Shown here piece after piece: positions 36,301 through 46,720 of a stretch of DNA of 64,000 nt. The stretch comes from Dimargaris cristalligena (Eukaryota): positions 1 through 64,000 of the forward strand of contig ML002209.1 in assembly GCA_003614675.1 (NCBI GenBank), written 5' to 3'. Under the pieces are notes generated by a model. The model did no database searches, was not told the DNA's origin, and saw only the letters and a list, made by a program, of their open reading frames with translations. The first letter of the stretch is position 1. Each line of letters begins with the position of its first letter. A program made the position numbers and the translations under genes.

Positions 36301-38000
36301 TGTTGAACAATAAAACAAGTATCATACACAATAGGAGTGTTCAAGTTAAACCACGAATTATCGGATGATACTGAACCCTAGAACTTCAATAGTACGCATT
36401 TTCGACTCAATGGAGGTAGAAGACTCAGCATAAAATATGGCCCAATGAACTAAACTACTGGACTCGACTTACCTAGTGGCGGGGCCAGTTTCTGGCTGAT
36501 GCTATGCAGAAATTCTGCGTTGGTCATATAATTCATGAGATAGACGATCAGTTTCACAGCGGTCAGCACAACGGCCGCGTTGGCATGCTGCAGACGAGGG
36601 ATGATCCGCTCGGCCACCATTTCCGCGTCTCCCTCTTCCTGGGGCACAACAAACATGAGGGCCTCCAGGATATAGGTTTGGCCCCATTCCGAGCATTGGT
36701 TCAAGGCCTGGATCAGCTTGCTGGCTACTTTCAAATTCAGGCGGAGTTTGATGTTGGGGGAGCATTCTGATATTTCGGTCAAAGCTGCAACCGCATTGGC
36801 GACCACCTAAGGCGAAATAAAAATGTCAAATTCACGATGGTATTATATTAATACACTGCATCGGATTAGTAAAACGTATCAATGGGGTTATATGTCGCGG
36901 ACTACGCAGTTGCCCGGCTGAATTAGCACATGGTGGATGGCATATAAACCGTTTAATGTAATGAAGTCTTACCGCAGGGTTTGAGTCGGATAGTAAGGTC
37001 TTCAGCATATCAATGAACTGCTCCTCCTCAACCAGGGAACGGTCGTACATGCACAGTTTGACCACACAAAGGGCAGCCGTCTTCCGGACGTAGGGGTCGC
37101 TATCCTTCAAGGAGTGTCGCAATGGGTCACAGAGGGCATCGATAACCCGGTCCACGTATAAGTAGCTCATGGTTCGAATGGCTTGGGCCCTGATGAGTGG
37201 ATTATGATCATTGGCATCCTAGTATTGTGGTAGGAGATATTTCAAGGTGGTGGTGGTTGTCAAATGCCTTGCCGTTTAATATCGGGGTGGATGGGGCGAC
37301 GGGCTAAATTTATAGTATATAGGCGTGTCCGCAGTAAAGTCTGAGACCCAACTAGGATCATTTTTTTTATTATAAAAAACGCCGCATAGGCGATAATTCG
37401 CTGTACATAACCTACCTGAAGCATATGCTGGAGAGCAAGATTAGCAATCTCGGACCGATTTCTACCGTAGTTGACCAAATAGAGGTAGACCATTTTCTTG
37501 ATTTCGAGACTCGGGATGGTCATACAGGCAATAACTTCGGTACAGAGGGGGGCCATATCATTGCCCATGGTCATGTTGGCCACAATCTTCTTGAGGGCAA
37601 TGCGCTTTTTGGTATATTTGGCATCGCGCTTTTCAGAGAGAAGCTCAGCCCGGAGTTCCTGGAGCTTGCCTGCATCAAGATGGAAAATAAAACGGGTATG
37701 GTCAACATATGTGAGCAGTAATTGGCGCTAGATTAGATACTGCTAGAATGGCTAGATCGCTGTTCGTCAAATAAAAGTGCTTCGGCCTGTCATCGATTGA
37801 TGGTCCCTTAAGTATAAGGGGTTGTTGGGACATTGTGGTGCACAGTTACGTCCCATTGGCGAAGTAGAGGAGGACAACCTCCGCCCGACACCTCGGATTG
37901 GTTACCAGTGGCCTGGAGGGTCGGGTTAGTCATGTATATAGAGGTAGAACGGATGGGGTCGGGTGGACTCACCTCGCTGAAAGTACTTGGCATCGGACAT
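33354..38000 (-). CDS. APL1: AP-2 adaptor beta subunit with hinge and C-terminal appendage, 1139 aa
   Basis: Exons 38000-37973, 37669-37416, 37218-36973, 36806-36473, 36299-34286, 33897-33354 (3420 nt). N-terminus [19 protein letters not shown]...[13 protein letters not shown] is of the fungal beta2 type; [17 protein letters not shown]; ear motifs [37 protein letters not shown]. Confidence 0.9.
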
Positions 38001-38516
38001 GGCGCTATAGAGGAAATGGTGGGGCGGATGGCTCGAATAAGGGGGAGAGGCTGAGTTCTCGGGTACAGTGGCCCTTTAGGAAAGACTCGGAGGGGGGGCT
38101 GGTGCTATTAATAACCGCACTCGGGAAAAGTATAACAAAGAAGGACTTTAGGGGTGTAGGAGGGGCGGAAAGAAGAAAGAGTCGGGCGGTAATAGACAGC
38201 AGAGCGATATTGGGGTTATAGGGTGGAAAACGGAGAAGCCGCTGAAAGAGGACCTCTGCTGGCCAACGAATGGACCACGCTATTCAGCAGCGCATGTAAC
38301 CCCACCACCCCTCACCAAAAAGCTCATCTGGCCCCGCCTATTCCATCTTTCAATGTTTGGCCCTTCACTGCCTAAGGTCTCTCCTGCTATTGGGACACCG
38401 ACTCTACGCATTCTTTCAAGCGGAAGCCCCCTCTCTATTCCTTTTCGGAGTCTCCCAATCGCCCTATATATATATATATATATTATTACCCCATTCTCCA
38501 ATACTTGTAGTCTCCC

Positions 38517-41500
38517 ATGACGATAAACATCGCTGACCAGGCCGAACTCCAGACGAGCCCTGGGCCTTCGCATGAGGAAGTGGTCCAACTCGCCAAACTA
38601 TTGCGTAAGAAACCCGCTGTTCCCTCCTCTGCTGATGAGAGCTCCCCACCATTATCCAACACCAGGCCTGCTGTAAGTATACCTGCCATGGCCTGTCGTA
38701 TTGCCTTTCTTTTCCCAGCCTCTCGAACTCCCAATAGCCACGGAGAAGCAAAATGTAGCGTAGTTAACCCCCAAGTTTCCCTTATGTTTTATCTAATTAT
38801 ATTGCCTTTGCGGGTCCTCTTTATTTTTATATAAAATACCCCACTTACCAGACCTCCGCTATAGCCACTCTATCTTTGGAAGATGTCAATAAGCAGTTAG
38901 GTGAGTTTCAGGAGAACGAGGCCATCAGTCAGTTATTGAGTCAGGGCCGCGACCTCAAGGAACATGCCCAGGACATTGAGCGCCAATTGCGGGAAGCCGA
39001 GTTGGAGCACCTTGAGAACTATTTCCAGCAGAAGCATCGCCTCACCGAACTGGACGAACAGGTCCAGGATTGCGACTCCATCCTAAGCCATATGGAAACC
39101 CTGCTGAGTGGATTCCAGGTCAAGTTGGGCAATATTAACCAAGAGATTCGCGATTTACAGGACCAGTCCGTTTCCATGAGTGTGCGGCTAAAAAATCGTC
39201 AGCAGGTCGAGGACCAGCTAGAACGGGCCATTGACGGATTGGCCATTACCCCAGCCCTCATTACCAGTATCTGCGACCATGAAGTAAATCAGTCGTATAT
39301 CGAGCCACTGCTTGAGCTCGACCACAAAATCCGCGTGTTTCGGCATCAGTCCAGCAAGAACCGAACCATTCTAGCCCTGGCTGATACTGGTCCCGAGCTT
39401 GAGCGGCTGCGTTTAGTAGTAAGTCCAATATCCCTTATTCTCTATCTGTTATTCCAATATATCGTTATTTAAGCTATTATTATTTTTCTACAACAGGTCC
39501 AATATACCATATACTCATTTTAATTATTCTTGTACTTGCTGCACCACCTATCTTCTGATTTACTGGCTTAAGGCGGCGGCCAAGGTTCGGCATTTTCTGC
39601 TCAACAAAATCAAGTCGATTAGAACACTGGCCACCAACATTCAAATTCTACAGCGCAGCATTTTCCTAAAATACCGGGCCCTGAACCACTTTGTTATTGA
39701 ACGCCACAGCGAGACGGCCAGTGAAATCCGGGACAACTATATCTTTACCGCCCGCCTCTACTTCGCCGACCATTTCGAACGATACGCCAAGGCCCTACAG
39801 CGCCTTCAGGCCACGGCCGCCGAACGCGGGGACATGCTTGGCTACGATGAAAGTAGCAAAGCCGGGGGTATCTTCGGGGGCACTCGCCCGGCTCTAAAGG
39901 ATCGCCGCCACATCTTTGGCTTGGGCGACCGCATCCACGTGCTCACCCGACCCGAACCCCAGGTTATCATCCCCCACGTCGCTGAAGACCGCCACGAGAA
40001 GTTCACGTTTGAATTGCTCTTCCGGAGCTTCAACTTGGCCCTTATTGATAATACTACCAGTGAATACGAGTTCTTACTGCAGTTTTTTGTCTCGGAAGCC
40101 GCCCGGGCCCGGCATAGTGGAGCCGATATCGCCAAGGCTATTTTCGATCATGTGTTTGCACCAGTGTGTGCGGCTGGTACGGTAAGTGTAGCTCTATAGA
40201 TTAACGTGCCCTTCAGTATGGATAAGAGCCAGTCAAGCGAACCTCAGGTATCCTATTGCCAACGAACTCGATCTCATGGGAGGTTAAGGTCTAGATTATT
40301 TCACTAGATTCGCTAATACGGGACCACTAACCCCGCCTCTTATTAGCCCCCACTAACTCTATTGGATTCCACCCACTATATACTTGCGCCAACCATTTAC
40401 TTTTAGACCTTTACCCAATCGTTTGTGGAATCCACGTATGATGCCCTAGGCATTCTACTGTGCATTCGAATCAACCAACAACTTATCAACGAGCTGCAGC
40501 GGCGCAGAGTACCTGTTCTAGACGGCTATATGAACGCCACCAATATGCTGCTTTGGCCCAGATTCCAGACCATTATATCACTCCATATCGACAGCATCAA
40601 GAAAGTGAGCTCTGGTAATCGACCACGCCTGTCCAAAATCGATGTTCATCCTCACTTTGTAAGTTCTTTTGTATAGTAGAGCGACTTTAAAAAAGTATTG
40701 TCCGGTATTTCTGCTATGTACACTATATCGCCGCTGTGTATAGGTACTTTTATTATAGAAAATCGGAAATTCTCTCAAATGTAAAAGACCGATTATTAAT
40801 TCTGAGGTATAATATGTAACCAAATACCCCACTTTTTTTTTTGAATTATGTAGGTCAGCCGGAGGTATGCTGAATTTGTAGCATCCTTGCTCATCCTTAA
40901 CCAAGTTCCCGAGACCAACATTCTCGACCAAAGGTACGCTATTCATCTTTACCAATGTCATCCATTCACAGCGCCCTTGCATTTTTGTTACTTCTATCCA
41001 TATGGCCCACCTCAATAACTATAGCAATTATCAATCCTAATCTACTCTCCAAAAATTACATACTATTCTCTATTGAACTTCCACTATATTTTAGTGTACG
41101 CCGGCTTCGCAACGAACTCGAAGCAATGCTCTTACGCATCAGCGAGGGCTTCAATGACCGGGTGACCACCTTGATTTTTCTCATCAACAACTACGATTTG
41201 ATTCTCACGATTCTAAACGAAAACGGGTTCGAAGGGGACAGTGATGAAGAAGTCGACTATTTCGCCCGATGCAAAACGACCTGCGTTAGCGAATACGTGG
41301 AAGAGCAACTCGATACCTACTTCGGCTACCTCAAGTCCTTTGTCATCCGGGCCGAGTCGTATACTGACCTGGGTGGAGGCCACGGTGATGGGGCGGTGGG
41401 AGCAGGGGGCGATACCTCCGAAATCAGTGTGGACCAATTCGATAAAGTCATCGCCGAATTCAACGCCAATTTCCGCGGCAGTTTGGCCAATATCAATGCG

Positions 41501-41719
41501 GCCGTCATCCGAAACTTCTCCAACTTTAAAAACGGTACTCATATTTTACATAGTGTCCTGGGGCAGCTGATTCTGTACTATAACCGATTTTACCACCTTT
41601 TCGATCGTCGTTTTACCAAAAAAACGGCCGCGGGCTCTGGAGCCGGCCGGCCCAATCAGTGGCCTGTTGGTATTCAAAATGTCATGGTTGAGATCAAAAA
41701 ATACAAGTCCAACTTCTAA
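38517..41719 (+). CDS. VPS52: GARP complex subunit Vps52/Sac2, ~762 aa
   Basis: Exons 38517-38672, 38852-39418, 39573-40181, 40407-40658, 40854-40933, 41095-41719 (2289 nt); LLSGFQVKLGNINQEI, FELLFRSFNLALIDN, YDALGILLCIRI, LLWPRFQ, FLINNYDLIL, FSNFKNG, VMVEIKKYKSNF. Confidence 0.95.
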
Positions 41720-41840
41720 ATGGCTGGGATAAATCATTTGGTCGTATTATACAATATTATATTATATTTTTGCTTTATAAATATATATTCTTTATGTCAC
41801 CCTTAGCTATATATAAAACATTAAGTCTGTTTGTAGAGGT

Positions 41841-42423
41841 TGTTGCCTGGGTTAACTACTCTTAGTCCATCAAGAGTCCTGAGGATAGGCTTCTAATGGC
41901 AGACAGGGCTTAGGCTTGGCTAAGTAGGTCCTAGTATTAGGTAGGGGTATGGTACTAATTAATAAAGGCTATAAATGCAGGTACAGGTAAGGGACATGCA
42001 GTAAGCACACTTACTAGTCAGATACAAGGACAGTGAGTATATATAGGGTTTATTAGAGTAAACTAGGGGGTATAAATAATCTAAAGGATTGAACTTGTCC
42101 CAATGGGACCTAGTTATATGTAAGTGGGGATAGCTTTAGAGGGAGGTCTTAGAAGAAGGATATTATTAAGATTAGGGTAAGGTAAATAGGCCACCCAGAT
42201 AGCTGTGAGGGCCTGGAAGACTCTGATGGTAGTCAGAAGAGTCTTTGGATCAGCACCAGAGTAATTAGTGTAAAGAGGTAGAATCCAAAAGGGGAAGGCT
42301 TATATAATATAGGGTGATCCCATAGTACTGGGGGTGACCATGGGAAGGTTAGTATGATACTATAAGGCCTAATAGGGATAGACACTAAGGTACCCAGATT
42401 AAGGAAAATTAGATAGTCTGATA
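41841..42423 (-). mobile_element. Degenerate LTR, copy 2 (583 bp), preceded on the minus strand by a polypurine tract
   Basis: Homologous to 8868-9450 (106/120 identical in 9301-9420 vs 42274-42393); starts TGTTG, ends TGATA; minus-strand AAAAGGAGGGGAAAGATAGA (42443-42424) abuts the LTR; no CpG. Confidence 0.72.
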
Positions 42424-42633
42424 TCTATCTTTCCCCTCCTTTTATTCCTTCCTACCAGTTGCCCCTATTAGTTTATTCTATTTTTATAGTCAAAATTTGT
42501 CTCTACTGTATTCTTTACACTTGAGTATGATGACTTTTCAGTTATTATAGACCATGGACTTGTCCATTGTGCAAAATAAGTATTACCAATTAATAAAAAA
42601 ATACTGAGAATATTTATTAATGATAATAACTGG

Positions 42634-43001
42634 ATATGGAGTAACAAATAAGCTAATATAATTAGTCAGGAATAGGGTAGAGTAATAAACCCACTAATAC
42701 CTACTTTTAAATATTCAATATGGGAGAGGTTTAACCATACCATATAATAAAAAGTACATTGGATGAGTCAAATACTATTGGCTAAAAATGAATATGGGAG
42801 TAGTTCAATAAGGCTGTATAATAAAAAGTCCATTTAATGAGGCAAATACTGCCAGTTATAAGTAAATATCCCACCAATTTTCCCATACACATATCAGTTA
42901 AAACCTTATACAACCAAGCTGAATTTCATCCATATCCTATCTATTACCCCATATATGTACCACTTCAAGCCTTATACAGTTCTGCTAGATTTCACCCATA
43001 T
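42634..43001. repeat. Inverted array of ~30-bp sub-repeats; possible foldback/MITE relic
   Basis: ATATGG(G)AG...TATAAT at 42634, 42718, 42792; reverse-oriented TTATACA...CCATAT at 42906 and 42972; CpG-free. Confidence 0.5.
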
Positions 43002-43644
43002 GTATTGTACAAACTAGCATGGTCAGACTATACCTGTGGCTCACTTTATTCTACTCTAGTGACATGCTTTGCTGAACACTCAGAATTAACCCAGATAGTC
43101 TCAACTGGTGACTTTCCACTCATTGATGTTTTACTAAGATACATATGCCTCCCAACTGTTCATCAATTTTGTTACCAAATGCCCCATATACCCACCATTA
43201 GCTGATCCACTTTGTTGAAAATAAATCACATTATGGAGTTTATGTTCTCATGTTTCTGTATACAAAAATTGATTCATTGATCTACTTATTCACTTTTATT
43301 TTAACCACCTTTAATGAGCTCAAGTGATAAAAATTATATTGAAAAACTGACTGCCTAGGTGGCCACCAACTTCTAGCTGCTCAACTACTTTTTACACAGT
43401 TGTATTGATATATATATTTATAATTCCATGAAGTAACTTTCATGATGATTTGTATATGGGTGGGGCTAATAAACGAATAAAAAGACTGACCCTGTGATTG
43501 TTAATAGCAATATTGAGGCCAACAATCAACCATACATGGAAAAGCAGAAGTAGGGCTACGTGACCTACAGTCCAACATGGGCAAGTCAATAGGGTAAGTA
43601 GGGGGAGGAGAAGCATGTCCCATTGCCTGAGACAGGCCTACGTA

Positions 43645-44850
43645 TTACTGGGGGATATCGGGCCAGGGCTTACTTAAGAGGGACAGTTGGCAATTATAGT
43701 CATCTGAGCTAACCCAGTAAGCATCCACAATCAGGTGGGCATTGTGGGCCAACTCTTGAATTCTGTCAACGGAGAATTTGACCGAATATATCACGTGAAT
43801 GCGTTCACCCATTTGCATATTGATGTAGAGGACTGGCGACTTTCCCTGACAGTTGGAAGAGTCTACAGAATCTACGGAACAACTAGGACTAGACTCATTG
43901 GCTGACCCATAGTATTCCAATCGAAGGGCCCGACAAGTGCGAACATACATCTCCACTTGGGTACACTGGGGGTTGTACCAGCAATCATACTCAAAATCGG
44001 CCAGATCAAAGAGGGGCTGGCCTAGTATGTGGTTGGCATGCGTGAGTACATTTAAAAGGAGGCTGGCATGGATTCCAGCGCTGTCGTGGTAGGCCCGGTG
44101 GATGGCACTGGGATTAGTGGGACCACTGGAACCCAGTAGAAGGGCGTCGCCTGGCTCGAGGGCAGACTGTAAGCGTAACAGAAAATCATCTAAATCCTGG
44201 GGCGTAAAATTACCCATAGAGGATCCCAGCCACCAGACAAACTTGCGGTGGTGGGATGGGAGAGTTGGTAAGTAGGCCATACCATCTTCGTAGGTGCCCC
44301 ATAATCCCACCAAATTGATATTTTGAAAGTGCCCAATCTGGGTCAGTGCTTCGACCAGGGCAGTGTGGTCTAGATCCAAAGCATAGTAGGTAAAGGAGGG
44401 GCCCAATCGGTCGAATGCCTCCAGAAGCAGGCGAGTTTTACGTAGAGCACCCGCGCCCAACTCCACTAGCACATGGCGGTCTTTGCATTTCTGCGCGATG
44501 GCATCACTCTCCTGGATTAGTATGCTGGTTTCGGAGCGGGTGATATAGTACTCTTCGGTAGAGGTTAACTGGTCAAATAGGTTTAAGCCATGGGTGTCGT
44601 AGATGAGCACGTCGGGTAGTGTACGGACGGGATCAGTGGGAGTAATATCGGGCTCGGCGGGATTGAACCCCGGAATAATGGAGGGCTGGGTCAAGCCGCG
44701 GATAATATCCTTGGCCAAGAAGTGGTCCGTGGCTAGCTTCTGTCGCCGGATATCAATGATAGTGATCGATGGCTTACCACCAACTAGACCCAGATTACAC
44801 GTTGGAAGAACCTCCTTGATCTCGGGCAGGGTTTCAAGAAAATTTAGCAT
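43645..44850 (-). CDS. Stand-alone SAM-dependent methyltransferase of the EgtD/EasF (Methyltransf_33) family, 401 aa
   Basis: LIYDTHGLNLFDQL, EYYITRSE, LVELGAGALRKTRLLL, YYALDL, GLWGTYEDG, WLGSSMGNF, AYHDSAG, SVKF; intronless; no sulfoxide-synthase domain. Confidence 0.92.
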   Translation of the reverse strand: MLNFLETLPEIKEVLPTCNLGLVGGKPSITIIDIRRQKLATDHFLAKDIIRGLTQPSIIPGFNPAEPDITPTDPVRTLPDVLIYDTHGLNLFDQLTSTEEYYITRSETSILIQESDAIAQKCKDRHVLVELGAGALRKTRLLLEAFDRLGPSFTYYALDLDHTALVEALTQIGHFQNINLVGLWGTYEDGMAYLPTLPSHHRKFVWWLGSSMGNFTPQDLDDFLLRLQSALEPGDALLLGSSGPTNPSAIHRAYHDSAGIHASLLLNVLTHANHILGQPLFDLADFEYDCWYNPQCTQVEMYVRTCRALRLEYYGSANESSPSCSVDSVDSSNCQGKSPVLYINMQMGERIHVIYSVKFSVDRIQELAHNAHLIVDAYWVSSDDYNCQLSLLSKPWPDIPQ

Positions 44851-46720
44851 TTTAAAATGGCCAAAAGTAGTATTAAAACAAAAATAGCATTGAATAGCAC
44901 CAGTGTCGGGCGATTTTTATGTGTGGCAGGTAAGGAAGCCAAGCTCGTGGGACTAGGTGTATTTAAATACATCAGAAGAGTACTAGGAATAAAAATATAT
45001 ATATTAAAACGCGGTTGTATATGCGAATCCAGTCAGTTAGGTATGGACTGGACTGTATGTATGAACGACAAAACGCCCAGATAGAAGCTGTGTATTAGGA
45101 CAGCAGCTAATTGCAATGATTGGGGATCGACGGATATACTTGGCCAAATATCCCCAATCTACTCGACAGATTGTCAATATGACCAAACTTATATTTCTGT
45201 AAGGGTTTAATAAAAATAAATGGGTCTATATATTAATAAAAATATTTGACATCATTGTTTTGTGTTTGTACGCCATTATATCCTACCATGTCGACAATGT
45301 AACGGTTATAACCGTGTTTATACCGCATATGTTAAATCTAGTCAGGCATTGAAAAGGAATAATTTTATTTGCTGGAATGGTTAATAATAATGAGATCCCC
45401 CGCCAATCCCTCTATAACCTGTAGTGTTGCAGCCGGCTCAGCCTAGTCCATAGAAGGGGAGAGGGTGGTGTTCAAGACATTTATCAATATTAACTATTAC
45501 ATTTATTATTCTACGTCAACTACATGGCCAATATTCTTGTTAAGTTTTAACGCGATATTAACAACCACTCATTACAATGATTCTAGTTGGCCCGACCACT
45601 TAAAGCTAAGCCAATTCAGCCGTACATCTTTTAGTTAATTCGCTTTTTATTACTTGTCTTTATCTCCATGATCACCGCAAATACCACCCCTGGTATACTG
45701 ATTTAAACTATCTCCAGTGCACTGCCCCTAAACACAGAATATTATAGTAGTCCATACAATTGTCTATGGCAATACAGAACCATTGGCTAAGATCGCTTAA
45801 ATTTAATCAAAGCCATTACAGCTACACCTGGCACCAGGGTCCTATATAGTACAGGCTTGGCTGCCATTAATGAGTTCTATCTAGTTTTATTTTGCGTTTT
45901 TTTCTTACAGGTGCGTCACTAAATACTTGCCATATACATTAAAACAATAGGATGCCGGATAAATTTAAAGCAAAGGGCCCGATAGACCTAGGTCAATGGC
46001 CCCTAGTTTGGCTGTTATCATTATCATTGCGAAGTTGATTATAAACTACTACCATATTAAAACTCGTACGAAAAAAAATAGGTATGGAAAAAATTGGTAC
46101 CACTTGATAGCACTGGTTAACAGAATAAAGCCCATATTGGCGACGGGAAGGTACCTTTTTCGAGTCCTCCCTCTTTCCCCTTGGTTCTTCCCAAATTGGA
46201 AGACCCCGTCTATAACCATTAGCTTTGTGTTTGGCCGGCCGGAAGAATACACATCCACCTTCTACTATTTTCTGGGACTCATAATTGATAACAGGGTTTC
46301 TAAGTCTCTCGTTAGGGTTTTTTACCAAACGACCCCGTTCCTGGCAGTCTATACATCACTAAATATTTTCGGATATTCGGATTTGGATGATAGACAACTT
46401 AAAATAGTGATTCGATGGGAGTAGCATTTACGCCTCCAACCATAACCCATTGTCCATCCCAGTCGCCAGAAAGGTGATAGTTAGCGGCTTAGAAGCTATC
46501 GGCATTAGGGCATTTAGTAAATCGTAAAGGTGGGAAAAAATACAAGTAGTATTAGTACAAAAGGCCGGAAACAATGTATGGGTTGGAAGAGAAAGGATAT
46601 CAATACAATGACTGAAGCCCACGGGCGATAAGACAGTAAAACTGTTTGGAGTTTTCTCACAACAGCTCAATTAGACCTTAGAGTTTGACCCCATGCAATT
46701 AATTTATAATTATTTTTTAT

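Noticed and set aside
8868-42423. The two LTR copies as ends of one 33-kb retroelement
   Set aside because: The interval holds only housekeeping and orphan genes with no gag/pol; no convincing shared target-site duplication
42837-43205. 122-aa ORF with repeated LY...FHPY
   Set aside because: Translation of the 66-bp DNA sub-repeat in a CpG-free relic; no coding-like composition
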